From Mobula hypostoma (lineage: Eukaryota): a stretch of DNA of 64,000 bases. The DNA is taken from positions 49,602,001 to 49,666,000 of the forward strand of contig NC_086097.1 of assembly GCF_963921235.1 (NCBI RefSeq). Reading direction: 5' to 3'. The notes beneath the pieces are model-generated. The model did not search any database. It worked only from the letters and a program-made list of their open reading frames with translations, and had not been told where the DNA came from. The position numbers and the translations under genes are program-made. Shown here one piece after another: positions 1-14,372 of the stretch. Every line of letters starts with the position of its first letter. Position 1 is the stretch's first letter.

Positions 1-3000
1 TGACCTTGGGCCACCGTGCTAATTGTGAAACTGCAGGAGGGGGTAGAGTACCAAGCAGGTTCACACTAATGTGGTCAAGCCCAAAGGTGCCTTAGAAAGG
101 ATGCCAGTGGACAAAAATTAACCATGTTTGGGCAACATTGGCACATAAACTTAGTACAACTGGTTTCCATGAGGCCTTCCAGCCCAGATGCAACAGGCTG
201 TGAATTAAGTTAAAAACAGTACGTCTCTGGTTAGCAGATACTATGGGACAAGGGCAACTGGTTGAGACATCACGCAGGAGAGAAGTCCCCGCTTCCTTGA
301 ATTTAATATCAGCCAACTGCAGGCCCATGACTGTTGTTCAGTAAGCCTGCACCTCTAGGGCAGTAGTTTAGTCATATGGCATAGTCAACCCCAAAGTATA
401 TGCCTCACAGCCAGTCAGTGAGGTCAGTCAGTATTATTCAGTTTTGTGAACCGGTTCCTCCAGCATTTTGTGTGTTAGTCTGATATATAGGCCAGGTGGC
501 GTTGCTGCCATGCTGACCAAGGATCCGATATTTTGGCCATCATGTACATGAGGGGTTTGTGGTCAACAAATGCTGTGAAATGGCAACCCTCTAGTAGAAA
601 ACAAAAATGGCAGACAGCCAGATAAAGACTGAGCAGCTCACGGTCAAACGTGCTGTACTTCCTTTCAGGACAGCTGCCAGCTGAAGAAGGTGAACGACTA
701 CCACAAGCCTCCGACCAATTGTTTGTGCACAGCACCCACAACTTAGTCTGAAGCATCAGTAGTAATGGCTATAGGTGCATTGGGGAGTGGGTGTGGCAGA
801 AGGGTCACTCTGCAGAGAGCTTGTTTGATGTCATCAAATGCTCTGGTCATGTCTACTGACCAGTCTAGCACGCAGTTAGGGGTATTGCCTTTACAAGAAC
901 TATACAGCAGCTTGTGGAATGAAGTGGTGATAGAAATTCACCATACCTAAAAACATTTTTGGTAGTGTGGGGCAGTGGGAAATTCATAGTAGTGGAGACT
1001 TTTGATGGGAGGGGTTTCACACCTGCAGAGATGTGATGGCTGAGAAAAGTCAATGGTTGGAAGCCCAAACTGGCATTTAGCAGGATTAATAATCAACCCA
1101 TTTTGGCTTCAATGCTCAAAGTGTGCAGAATGTGATATGTGTTTGGATTTGGATGCACTGGCGACAAGTATGACATCCAGGTAAATTAAAAATATCTATG
1201 TCTTTTAGTACAGAGTCCATCAGCCTTTGGAAAGTCTGTGCTGCATTTTTCAGCCCAAACGGCATGCGCAGAAAATCAGAGGCCAAATGGGGTTATCACA
1301 GCCATTTTGGGAATGTCTTCTGAGCACACAGGAACCTGATGGTAGCCCCTAAGTCAGCTTTGACAACAATTTACTTTCCAGCTGAACATGTCAAAAAGTC
1401 TTGGATATGTGGAACCCGGTAACAATTGGGTGGTGACTTCGTTGAGGTGTCAGTAATCGTTGCATGGGTGGCAACCAACATTAGGCCTGGGGACTATGCG
1501 GAGGGGCAAGGCCCAGGGGCTATTTGATTAGAATACAATGCCAAGCCTTTCCAGTCGGCAAGCTCAGGCTTCGTGGTCGCCAGCTTTTTTGTGTCCAGTC
1601 TATGTGCGTGGGCATGGACCAGCGGGTCGGTTGTGAAACTGTGGTGCTCAAGCCCATGTTTTGTGACTGTAGTGGAGAATGTGGACTGGGTGAGGTTTGG
1701 AAGTTCACCCAGCAGGCAAGTAAACTCATATGGTTGTGAATGCAGTTGACAGAGTTGTTGTGGGGACCTTACTGGGGAAGCAGGGTACCCACCCAAAGTC
1801 CTTGACGTCCACAAGCCGGCAGTTAAGATAAATCAACAGTTCGTGGTCTCACGAGAAATCTGTACCAAGCAGTGGTCTAGCCACTTTAGCCACGTGTAAT
1901 GACACCCACTGAAGCAGAGTGTGTCACCCGTTGTGTCCATGACTCTGGATCCTGCCCCCATTGCCAGCCTCCAGAGAGGTTTCATCACTCTTTGCCTTCT
2001 GATCAATAGGCGATGTTGGCAGCACACTCACTTGAGCACCCGTATCACAGAAGAAGCGTTGCCCTGAAGGGTGCCCATAATGAACAGTAGACACCCTGGC
2101 AGCTGGAATCCACGGTGTTCACAAACCTGTGATGTCCTAGTGCGCTGGCACTGTCAGGACTGCAATGTGGTTGGTACTTCCTGGCATTCGTGCCAAAGCG
2201 AGAGTGGTGAAAGCACAGACCGGGCGATGTCTGTTCTGTAGCCACAGGCGCATGTGTGTTGGAGACCCTGCTGAGCGGGCTTATTGAGGGAGGGAAAGGG
2301 GGAGGAATTGTGCACCTCTGCCTGGCTGAGTGCAGACTATCAGCCAATTTAGCAAGCTCTCTATAGTCATTCACTGGTGTATTAGGGCTATGCAAATTTG
2401 CTCGGGCATTTGCTGCATGAAGAGATCTTTAAAAATAAAACAAGGATGGTGATTTCCCAGGAGAGACAGTATGTGGTCCATTAGCTCTGAAGGTCTAGCA
2501 TCCCCAAGGCCAGACAGGGAGAGCAACTGTTTGGTGTGTTCAGACTCCAATAGTCCAAAAGTCTGCATTAGGTGAGCTTTCAGCATGCCATACTTACTGT
2601 GTGCAGGCGGGTGTTCCAGCAGGCTCACTGCTCTCGCTGCTGTGGAATACTGAGCGACGCTACTACACAGTAGCATCCCAAATCCGCGGAAATTTTCCGC
2701 AGCGCAAATTGGGCCTCAGCTTGAACAAACCAAGCAACAGCAAACCTCTGGCAGTTTCAAAGTGACTGTGTTGGCCAACATGTTGAATAACTCTGAAATC
2801 ACCCCAGAGCCACTGTAGTTTTTGCAAATATAATGGCAGAGGCTTTTAAGTTTAAAAAAACCACACTGCTCTTTTATTCTCCACCAAACAGAACATAAAT
2901 CACGATAAGAAAAACTTCACATCATTATGTCATCACGTCAGACCAGCCTCTTAAAATGAACACACCAACTCGATGTCGGTGGTTGTGAATTATGCATATG

Positions 3001-3025
3001 TTTCCACCTATTAAACTACCCTACA
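1..3025 (-). mobile_element. Degenerate Ty3/Gypsy LTR retrotransposon (5' LTR, gag, PR, RT, RNase H, start of integrase; runs off the window edge)
   Basis: gag ATG at 2781 (MLANTVTLKLPE..WFVQAEAQF across a frameshift; DARPSELMDHIL; LCFHHSRFGTNARK). RNase H motif ERKYSTFDRELL..FVDHKPL (475-756). Integrase zinc-binding remnant (92-328). Many stops and frameshifts. Confidence 0.9.
2814..3025 (-). repeat. 5' LTR of the Gypsy element
   Basis: Bounded by TGTAG...CTACA inverted termini. On the minus strand it is followed by a TGG-starting PBS-like sequence and then the gag ATG. Confidence 0.7.
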
Positions 3026-3278
3026 GTAGAAATTGTCTGCAGTGTCCAGGTTTCAACTCTATCTTGAGTTAGTAGACACAATTTTGTGCAAAAGATCTGT
3101 CAGTAAATTAGTGTTATTTAGGTTATCATAACTTTAATAATGGACTAATTCAATTTTTGGCTTTGCACTTACACTTTTATTCCTAGTGTATTTCTCTGTT
3201 GAAGTGTACTGGAGATCGGCCTCCATATCACGAATACCAAGACTGTTTACTTCCACATTTAAATCAAATGGTATTGTT

Positions 3279-3778
3279 GCAGTGCAGAGGAGGTTCACCA
3301 GGTTGATTCCAGAGATGAAGGGGTTAACTTATGAGGAGAGATTGAGTCGCCTGGGACTATACTCTCTGGAATCCAGAAGAATGAAAGGGGATCTTAAAGA
3401 AACGTATAAAATTTTGAAAGGGATTGACAAGATAGAAGTGGGAAAGTTGTTTCCATTGGTAGGTGAGACTAGAACTAGGGGGCATTGCCTCAAGATTCAG
3501 GGGAGATTTAGGATGGAGATGAGGAGAAACTGTTTTTCCCAGAGGGTGGTGAATCTGTGGAATTCTCTGCCCAGGGAAGCAGTTGAGGCTTCTTCACTAA
3601 ATATATTTAAGATACAGTTCGATAGATTTTTACATAGTAGGGGAATTAAGGGTTATGGGGAAAAGGCAGGTAGATGGAGCTGAGTTTACGGACAGATCAG
3701 CTATGATCTTATTGAATGGCAGGGCATGCTCAATGGGCCGGATGGCCTACTCCTACTCCTATTTATTATGTTCTTATG
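3279..3778 (+). mobile_element. CR1 LINE 3' end (RT C-terminus + 3' UTR)
   Basis: VQRRFTRLIPEMKGLTYEERL...FSQRVVNLWNSLP; ends in a CR1-type tail (tcctatttattatgttcttatg). Confidence 0.9.
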
Positions 3779-6236
3779 TATCACAGTTTATTACCTTTAG
3801 AATTATTTATTAACTATTTATAAACTCCCAGCTGATTTTTGAATTTCCACAAAAAAGATCCATCCAGTTTTCGGATCCTAATTCTGATTTATTCTCAGTC
3901 CTTTTCACCCATCTAAACCTTGGTAGCCTTTATTGCAGTGCTTATTCAAAAATTTTCCTTGGCCCTCAAATCTGCTTTCAATTTGTCCCATGATGCAACC
4001 CCAATTCCTTCACCGTGGCTGATCTTCAGACCTTCAGCCTGATTTCTGGCATTGTCTTCCCTGAATCTCTACCTCTCTCACTACTTAACCTACCTCTCGC
4101 CAAGAGTTTTACTACATGTGTCAAAATCTTTTTCTGAAAAGTCCCTAAAATCAATAGTCATCAACCTGAATTGGGCTTGGGAATTTGTTCTCTAACATTA
4201 AAAAAAATGAAAAGTGGAGACAAAATCTAACTAAATTGAAATCTACGGAGTATATTCAATAGAAGACCAAAATATCATGAATGTTGGAAAGCTGAAATCA
4301 ATTACAAGAAATAATTGATGGGCCAGACAGCTTCTGTGAAATGTAGGATATCTGAAGAAAAAATGTTAAATTATTTTTCTTGCCAAACCTGACTCTTTTT
4401 TTCCAGCAGCGTGCAAGGCCCCTGTTCTGCTTTCTGCTGTTCTGAAGGGTTTTGCATATCCCTTCCAAAACCATCCTTGGAAGATGCCAGAGATAGTCAT
4501 TTATATTAATCCTTTCCAAATTGCACAGTTAATTTATTGAACACTTTGTTTCTACTCTTGCCGTTCTTGCATCTTTAAATGCAATATTTAACGCGTGGTC
4601 ACTGGATAAATGTAGCTTTTCACTCATGACTATTTTTATTTGTAGTTAAGTCTTTGTGTCCATTTTTATTTGTGCTCTGCCAGTTTTGATTGTTCCTTCC
4701 CTATATAAATACACAAAAGTTTTGTAATTTCCCACAGTACAGCAAAAAACTGCTGCTCTAAGTTCAATTTTTTTGTAGGAGTTATTCATAGTAACATTAA
4801 CAAATGTAGTGAAAAGTAGGGGATTATTCTCATTTTTTTAATGTTTTAGGGAAATTAATTTATCTAAGCCTGAAAAAGTATAGCTACAAGGCAGCAGACT
4901 GAGTAACAAAACAATCACAAGCACTGTAAAACTGCCAAGCTAAAGCTATCACTGTTTTTAAATTAGCCTCTTGTAAATATATTCTATTTCAATTCGGTTT
5001 GCTCTTAAGACATTGATGCTTATTTGAAATAAATATTTGTAAAGTCAGGATTATTTAAAACCATAGTGGGTGTAAGGGATTCATTGACTCTCCTTTCAAA
5101 AGAAGGATCATTTGTTTTTGTATTTATAGAAGATATTAAAGTAAGTTCTGCCAGAATATAGATGTATCTGACCTGAAAATGCAGGACAATGCTTCCAAAT
5201 CCCTATAAGCTAGTGTGACATTTTGAAGCAAGTTTTTGTTGGTATAGACGTAAAACGTCTGGTAGAGTATTCACTAGACAGTTGAATAATGGTTACAGAA
5301 TTTACCTTTGCAGCTTATCTTAAATTTGCTAGTGTTTGGGGAAATGGTAGCTTGTTCCCTCTATTTTAAATTCCCTTGTTTCTTATAAAAGTCAAAGATT
5401 TTTAGAATTAGGACCCGCAATCTGTTGCTTAGGGGCTCAAGCCTGTCACATCCACTATTAGCAGATGCAGTGACAGCTGACACATGTTCCCACTTCTGCA
5501 GGACAAAGAATGATTCAATCTTGTCAGTCATTCACAACTGCTTTTATGCAGAGTTTCTGAACATGTGTATACCCATGAAATATTTTGTGTCTCTGCATAA
5601 GAAAGAAAACATGGCTAGTTCCCAGTATATTCTCTGGGACAGTTTTGTTTCAGTGAGTACTAACACAGCAAGCCATCTCAGGCCTCTGACCTTTTTGACC
5701 AAGGTGAATGTGTGCATCACTCATTTACCGCAGGGATGCTGATGAACTTCAGATCAGTCAAACAATACTACCAGTGTATAGTTCTCCCTTGACTCCTCAA
5801 TCTGATAAATGCTTCCCACAAGTAGAGAACAAAGTTGACTGATACTTTGTGTACTTAATGGGTGTGACACACAAAACCAGCAAAGTAATGCACGGAATAG
5901 AACATATTTATTGTAAAAGTGGATTGCAGCAAATTGTTGCTTGCAGGATGACTGACTGCGGTTTAATAGAATTAAGTTACATAAGCTTAATGAGCTTCCG
6001 GTATTTATTATGAAAAGGAAGCAGTATAATTACAAAAAAAGTACTATTACAATATTGATACTTTATTCATGTGAGCACAGGTGCCTTTGTGTAATTTTCC
6101 CCTGCTATTGGGTTCCAGGTTTGAATCATGGTGGGGAATGAAGCTGCATCCCTCTGGGAGGTGAATTATTAAACTTGTAAGCCTGCTTGTCAAAGCGAGT
6201 TTCGGACTGGAGGATTGTGTGCTCCAGATGGTGAAT

Positions 6237-6318
6237 ATAACTGTCCAACGACCATAATTGTCCAACAGCCATAACTGCTCAACAACCATAACTGCCCAAT
6301 GACCACAGCTGCCCAACG
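6237..6318. repeat. Degenerate 17-bp tandem repeat (~5 copies, ataactgyccaacracc)
   Basis: Units read directly: ataactgtccaacgacc / ataattgtccaacagcc / ataactgctcaacaacc / ataactgcccaatgacc / acagctgcccaacg. Confidence 0.75.
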
Positions 6319-8071
6319 GATTCTATATAACCATATAACAATTACAGCACGGAAACAGGCCATCTCGGCCCTTCTAGTCCGTGCCGAGATTCTGATTTGG
6401 GTTTTTTTGACGTCCATGTTCCCCAACTACCATGAGGATAGAAATGTTTTTTTCCGGCTCTCCCAAAAAAATTCAACATGCAATAAATAAACTATAAAAT
6501 GATTCAATGTCACAATATATTTGAAAATTAGTTTTAAACTAGATTCATTTCTTGTTCCAAGCTTTTCATTGAATTTGATTAATACTATCACTGTGTATAT
6601 ATTTTTAGATTTTATTAAATCCCGTGACTACCAGTCTGTACAGCTCGATGTACAGTATTTAATTTGCTACAGCAGAAGTATAGATACCTAACCTTAGAAC
6701 TTACTCTTGTTCTCTTCATATAGCCTTTAAATTTTCTCTTAACGTTTTTAACCAATATCCTTAAAGGCAAAGAATAAGCAAGTTAGCTTCTCTTCATTTC
6801 AGCTTGCTTGCTATGATCTAGTTCACCGTAAGTATGATTGTGAATGAATAATCTACATATGGGAAATACCTAACTATATAAATATAACCTGAAATTTGGT
6901 AACTCTCACTCCAACTTGTAATTTGGTTTTACAGTGTTTAATGGTTATTTGTGAGCTTTCTTCAAGTAACTTCAGTAAAATTGCTTTCATCAATTGGGCC
7001 TTACTCATAGTTTACGCTGCTGAGCAAATTTGAATTTCATTATTAAAATAGCTTACATAAGTTACTGGAGAATCATTCACCAGATTACATACCAAGTGAC
7101 TTGGAGACATATCAGTGCTACTTCGTCATCTCTAGTTTAAATCCTGTAGTTCCCACTCAACATGCCACGACAGTACCTTCCTAGAAAGTCTGCAGTGAGT
7201 GGAGAAGACTGCTTCACCAGCGCAGAAACCTGCTTATTATCAACCTAACACCATTGTTTGTGTTAAAGGTGTCCAACAGACCAATGTGAAATGGATTCTT
7301 ACCCATTTTGTAAGTTTCAGTTTTAAGTGGGAAAACAATGATCACCTAGGGAAAGGCCTCTTCCTACCAATGACCAATCTAATTTTAGGGAAGAGCTGCA
7401 CTAAGTTAAAGACCCAAACCATTCAGCTTATTAATTTGTCCTGGAATTGTTGAACATTTAATAGACATCTGTATCTCTACTTCAAGGAAAAATTATTTAG
7501 CTTGAAATATATTTGAATCAACATTAAAAAATCTGCATTTATTTGATGATGAAGCAGTACGCGATTAATAGCTAAATGTTGACAAATCACTCTGTTCTAT
7601 TATCGTGTAGTGGTTTCAGTTGAATCTTTGTATGCAGGATCAACATAAAGTGATTTGAACTTCACTACAAATAACATCTGGTTGCTGAGCAAATGTCACA
7701 TTCTAACAGCTCAAGAGAATACATACAGTCTGTCATACCACCTGGACATATATAAATTGCCAAATGGCAAGAGATAAACTACCACATAGTGCAAGCTAAT
7801 CTTTTACTTACAAAAGTGTGTATCATGCATTTATTTAAACCAAAAGGACATCAAATTATGAAAATATGTAAAGAACACCAGGAGAGATGTTCAACTCGTG
7901 GAACAGCTTAACATCAAACAAATATCAGAGCAAAAGAAGTTTTAAAACATATCAGATTTATGCAATTTTTTAAATATTGTTTGAAGTACTGAATGTACCA
8001 CTGATACCCACAGATAATCCATTTTGTATCCTTCTAAAGTTGTGCATATCTGGATGGGTCAGTAGCAATTA

Positions 8072-8377
8072 CAGGCCATCCCTAGATTAAGAACACCCAA
8101 TTTATATACAATCCCTATATACAGCTTCCATAATATTATTAAATTCAAATATCAAATTCTGCCATATGTACATAAGTTCATTCTTTGAATGGTATAGTTT
8201 ACTTTCTCTGGTTTACTAATTGTTCTTTCTTATCAATCGTATGTGCTTTTGATGCCATTCATTACAAAATGTGGAAGGTGTGACTGCCATAATTGAGTGA
8301 TTTATCTAAAACACAGATGAAATTGACTTATGGACGTAGATCAAAATGGAACGAATTCATTACCCAGGGACAGCCGA
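8072..8377. mobile_element. Old Tigger/pogo-like non-autonomous DNA transposon
   Basis: Degenerate inverted termini: (ta)caggccatccctagattaagaac ... ttcattacccagggacagccg. Confidence 0.45.
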
Positions 8378-8683
8378 TAAAATGCACATTGTTGTCGCTA
8401 TTTGATGAAAGCTGGAGAGTCATACAAATGACGATCAGTGTGCAACCAAGCACACTAATCATCCCACAGTGTACAAACTTGCTGGAATCATTCTTACCAT
8501 TATACTATCAGGCAATCCATGTGTTCTTGTTTATAAATCCACTATTACTTCCACTATTGAAACTTGTGGCCAGTTCCAAAGCTACTTGCAAATTTGAGAT
8601 TTTTTTTAAAAGCGTAAATAGATTTGAGAAACTTTAGTTGTTCTGTTATCCTACAGTCCACTGCAGAACTTATTCAGTTAGAA

Positions 8684-10350
8684 GACTATAAGACATAGGA
8701 GCAGAATGAGGACAATCAGTCCATCTAGCAGGCAGTGCCATTACATCACGGCTGATTTATTATCCCTCTCAACCCCATACTCTTGCCTTTTCCTTTAATT
8801 AAATTTATACTTACATCCTTCATATGCACGAGGACCTGTAACCTTTGGCGCAACATTCTTACTAGTCAAAAACCTATCAATCTCTGCTTTGAAGATATCC
8901 AACGAATTGACCTCCACAGCTGTCTGTGGCAATGAATTCCATAGATTCACCATCCTCTGGCTAAAGAAATTTCTCCTTACCTCTGTTCTAAAGGATGTCC
9001 TTCTATTCTGAGCTGTGCCCTCTTGGTCCTAGACTCCCCCACTGTAGGAAACATCCTCTCCACATCCACTCTGTCTGGGCCTTTCAATGTTCAATAGGTT
9101 TCAATGAGATCCTTCCCTCACTCTTCTAAACTCCAGCGAGTACAGACCAGAAACAAGCACCCCTCATACATTAACCCTTTCATTCCTGCGATCATTCTCG
9201 TAACCTTTCTCTGGACCCTCTCCATTATCAGTACATTCTTTCTTAGATAAGAGGCACAAAACAATAGGTTTCAATAGGTACATTTAACATAAGAGAAATG
9301 TATACAATATACATCCTGAAATTCTTTTTCTTCACAAACATTCAAGAAACAGAGCAGTGCCCCAAAGAATGAATGACAGTTAAATGTTTGGACCCCAAAG
9401 CCCCCCCCAGATCCCTCCTTCCAAGCATAAGCATAAGCAATGCAACAACCCCAACCCCCCCCACAGCAAAAAAGGATCGGTGATCCCCACCAAGCACTGA
9501 AGCATGCAGCAAAGCATCAACAAATACACAGACTTGCAGTACCCCAAAGACTACTCATTCACCTGGTAATTTGACATACCACAGGCTCTTCCTTTCCGTA
9601 ATAAGGGAAAAAGAGGTGTCCTCGTTTCACAGCGAGAGGGGGGACATAACAAACTAGCTGCTGATTTATGATGTTAAAAGTCTGTTGTGTTGTTTTTTTT
9701 GAACTCTGAGCCCAGAGAGTCGACCCCAAGGCTCAGGTCTCTGGATACATAGTCCACGGCAGTGAACCTGCTGCTCCCGATGTTCTGTGTTCTCCCGTGA
9801 CGCCTCAGTCAAGGGCACCGGCCTAGAATCAGTGCATCCCTGATCCACGAAATCCCGGAAACCTGAAGGCGCACTAGTCTTCCAGGCCGCGTCCTTGGGG
9901 TATCGAAAAGCGTCCAGTTGTGAGGCCCTGTGAGTGGGTCTCATTCCCACAAAGAACCAACGTCAGAGTGTAACTCCAGGTCAGGGTCTTCAAAAGAAAC
10001 TTAAAAAGTAAAAAAAGAGATATCACTGCCAACAATACTCCAAGACTTAGAATTCAGTCCTTGCTTTTATACTCTAGTCCACTTGAAGTGAATGCTAAGA
10101 TTCCATTTCCCCTTCCTTACCAGAGACCCAACCTGCAAGTTAACCTTTGAGGAATCTTGCATGAGGACTCCCAGATTCCTTTACACCTCTGATTTCTGTA
10201 TTTTCTCCCTGTTTAGAATATATGCATTTATTCCTTCTACCAAAGTGCATGACCATACACTTCCCTACACTATGTTCCATCTGCCACTTCTTTGCCCAGT
10301 TTCCTAATCTGTCTAAGGCTTTCAGCAGACTTTCTGCTTCCTCAACACCG
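8684..10350 (-). mobile_element. CR1 LINE 3' portion interrupted by a non-autonomous repeat (~9263-10020)
   Basis: CR1 3' tail at 8684 and antisense RVVNLWN-type coding remnant. CR1 sequence resumes at ~10030. Confidence 0.75.
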
Positions 10351-12872
10351 CTCTATCTTTATAAGTAAGACCTAAAGATGTAGGAGAAGAACTAGACCAT
10401 TCATCCCATCTAGTCTGCTCTGCCATTTTATCATAGCTGATCCATTCCTCTCTCATCCCACTTTCCTGCCTGTAACCTTTCATACTCTGACTAATCAAAA
10501 CCTATCAACCTTTGCCTTAAACGCACCCAATGACCTGGCCTCCACAGTTGCCTGTGGCAACAAATTCCACAGATTCACCATCCTCTGGCTAAAGAAATAA
10601 CTCCCCATCTTTGTTCTAAATGATTGCTCTATTCTGAGGCTGTGTCCTCTAGCTCTACACTCCCCCACTATAGGAAATGTCTTCTCTATATCTACCCTAT
10701 TCATGCCTTTAAATATTCAATAATTTTCAATGAAATTCCCCCACATTCTTCTAAATCCCAGCAAGTATAGGCCCAGAGTCATCAAATGCTCTGCATATGA
10801 TAAACCTTTCATTCCCAGAATCATTTTTGTGAACCTCCAATGTCAGCACATATTTTCTTCGATAAGGGGCTCAAAACTGCTCACAATACTCCAAGTGAGG
10901 TCTTATAAAGCCTCAGCATTACACCCTTGTTTATATTCAAGTCCTCTCGGAATGAATGCTAACGTTGCATTTGCCTTCCTCACCATTGACTCAAACTGTA
11001 AGTTAACCTTCAGGGAATACTGCACGAGGACTCCCAAGACCTTTGCACCTTGGATTTTTGAATTTTCTCCACATTTAGAAGATAGTCCATACTTTTATTC
11101 ATTCTATTAAAATACATGACCCTACACTTTCCATCTGCCACTTCTTTATCCATTTTCCCAATATGTTTTTCTTCTCCAGCCTCCCTGCTTCCTCAACATT
11201 ACCTGCCACACTACCTGTTTTCATATCATCCGCAAACTTAGCCACAAAGCCATTAATTCAGTCATTAAATCATTGACATATAACATAAAAAGAAATGGTC
11301 CCAACACCATCCCCTGCAGAATACCACCCGTCACTGCCAGCTTATCAGAAAAGTGTCCCTTATTCCCACTCTTCGCCTCCTGCCAATCAATCAATCCACT
11401 ATCCATGCTAGTATCTTTCCTGGAATGCCATTGGCTCTTATCTTGCTAAGCAACCTCACATGCAGCACCTTGTCAAAGGTCTTCTGAAAACCCAAGTGCA
11501 CAGCATCCTCCGACTCTCCTTTGTCTATCCTGTTTGCCATTTCCTCAAAGAGTTCCAACAGATCTGTCAGACAAGGTTTTCTCTTAAGGAAACTATGCTG
11601 ACTTTGGCCTATTTTCTCATGTGCCTCAAAGTGCCCCGAAACCTCATCCTTAATAATTGACTCCAACATCTACCCAAACATTTAGGTCAGCTAACTGGCA
11701 TATAATTTCACTTCTTCTGCCTCCCTCCTTCTTGAAGAGTGGAGCGACTTTTGCAATTTTACAGTCCTCTTGAACCATGCCAGAATCTGGTGATCCTTGA
11801 AAGATCATTACTACTGCCTCCACAATCACTTCACCTACATCCTTCAGAACCCTGTCCATCTAGTACAGGTGACCTATATACCTTCAGACCTTTCAGCTTC
11901 CCAAGCCCCTCCTCGCTAATAATAGCGACTGCACTCACTTCTTTCCCCTGACACTCTCGGACTTCTGGTATACTGCTAGTGACTTCCACAGTGAAGACTG
12001 ATGTAAGATACTGATTCTGCTCATCTGCCATTTCCTTGACCCCCATTACTACTTCTCCAGCCTCATTTTCCAGTGGTCCGATAACTACCCTGGCCTCTCT
12101 TTTATTCTTTATATATCTGAAAAAACCTTTTGGTATTCTTTTTGATATTATTGGCTAACTTACCTTCATATTTCTTTTCCCTCCTTATGTCTTTTTTAGT
12201 TGCCTTCAGGTGGTTTTTAAAACCTTTCCATTCCACTAACTTTCCACCAGTTTTTGCTCAATTATATGCCACCTCTTTTGATTTTATGTTGGATTTGACT
12301 TCCCTTGTCAGCATGGTTGCATCACTCTACCTTTGGAATACTTCTTCATTGTGATGTCTCTATCCTGCGTATTCTGAAGTGGCACCATAAACTCCGGCCA
12401 TTGGTATTCTGCTGTCATCCCTGATAGTGTCCTCTTCCAAGCAACGTTAGCCAGCTCCTCTCTCATGACTCTGTAATTCCCTTTACTCCACAATAGTACT
12501 GGTACATTCGATTTTAGCTTCTCCCTCTCAAATTGCAGGTTGAATTTTATCATAGTATGATCACTGGCTCCTAAGGGTACCTTTGCCTTAAGCTCCCTAT
12601 TCAAATCCAGATCATTACATAGCACTCAATCCAGAATAGCTGATCCCATCAGGGGCTCAACCATAAACTGCTCTCAAAAGCCATCTTGTAGGCACTCTAG
12701 AAGTTGCCCCTCCTGAAATCCAGCACCAACCTGGTCTTCCCAATCTACCCGCATATTGAAGTCCCCCACAACTATTGCAACAATGCCCTCTTTTGCATGC
12801 ATTTTCTATCTCTCATTGTAATTTGTAGGTCACATCCTTACTACTGTTTGGGAATCTGTATATAATTCTCTT

Positions 12873-13190
12873 GTGTGGGCACGTGGCCAAGTGGTTAAGG
12901 CATTGGACTAGCTACCTGAAGGCCATGAGTTCGAGCCCCAGTCGAGGGAACGTGTTGTGTCCTTGAGCAAGGCACTTAATCACACAGTGCTCTGTGACAA
13001 CACTGGTGCCAAGCTGTATGGGTCCTAATGTCCTTCCCTTGGACAACATCGGTGTCATGGAGAGGGGAGACTTGCAGCATGGGCAACTGCTGGTCTTCCA
13101 TACAATGTTGCCCAGACCTGCGCCTTGGAAAGTGAAGACTTTCCAGGTGCAGGTCCATGGTCTCGCAAGACTAACGGATGCCTTTACTTT
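12873..13190 (+). mobile_element. tRNA-derived SINE inserted in CR1
   Basis: Pol III A box TGGCCAAGTGG (~12884) and B box GTTCGAGCC (~12929); central gtgtccttgagcaaggcactt; cttta-type tail; imperfect TSD atataattctc/atatagctctc. Confidence 0.85.
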
Positions 13191-14372
13191 ATATAGCTCT
13201 CATCAGGGTCTTTTTACCCTTGCAGTTCCTTAGCTCTGTCCACAGTGATTCAACATCTTCTGACCCTATCTTACCTCTTCCTAATGATTTGATATCATTT
13301 TTTACCAACATAGCAACATGTTCCCCACCCCCTTTGTCCTCCTACCTGGCCTTTTGGTACAATGTGTATCCTTGGACATTAAGGTCCCAGCTATAATCTT
13401 TCAGCCATGATTCAGTGATACCTATAACATCATACCTGCCAATCTGCAACTGTGCTACAAGTTCATCTACCTTATTCCGTACACAGTGCACATTCAGATT
13501 CAACACCTTCAGTCCTGTATTCACCCTTTTCGATTTTGTCCGCCTTTTATGTTGCCGCTCATCCTGTTGGCTTCAGTTTTGCCCTATCAACAACCTCTCC
13601 TCACTACACATTGCCTTTGTAAACCAGCCACCTCATCTTCAGCACTATTATCCACGTTTCCTATGATACTTCTTGCATTGAAATATACGCAGCTCAGGAC
13701 ATTAGTCACACCATGCTCAACCTTTTGATTCCTAACTTAGTCTGAGGTCGTACCAACGTCCGCCTCCACAACCTCTCCACTATCTGTTCTGGCACTGGTT
13801 CCCATCCCCCTGCAACTCCAGTTCAAGCCCCACCGTGCAGCATTAACAAACCTTCCCACTAGGATATTAGCCCCCCCCCCCCCCCCCCGTTCAGGTGCAA
13901 ACTGCCCCTTCCGTACTGGTCCTACCTTCCCTGGAATAAAGACCAATGATCCAAAAATCTTATGCCCTCCCTCCTACACCAACACCTTAGCCACGTGTTA
14001 TGCTGTATAATCTTCCTAGTTCCAGCCTCACTAACACATGGCTAAGGTAGCAATCCTGAGATCATGACCCTGGAGGTCCTGCCCTTTAACATAACTCCCT
14101 GCACTCCCTATGCAGAACCTCATCACTCATCCTACCCATGTCATTGGTACCTACATGGACCATGACTTCTGGCTGTTCACCCTCCCACTTAAAAATGCTG
14201 AGGACTCAATTTGAGATATCCTGAACCCTGGCACCAGGAAGCAACATACCATCCAGAAATCTTGTTTTCACCTACAGAACCTCTTGTCTGTTCCCCTAAA
14301 TAACAAATCCCCTATCACCACAACATGGCCTTTCTCCCTCCTTCCCTTTTGAGAAACAGAATCAGACTCAGT

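Noticed and set aside
3186..3683. 165-aa ORF as a host gene
   Set aside because: From ~3279 it is a CR1 RT C-terminus; the N-terminal part is read-through from flanking DNA.
12873..12945. tRNA gene
   Set aside because: A/B boxes are present, but there is no convincing cloverleaf or T-run terminator, and it continues into a SINE body with a TSD.
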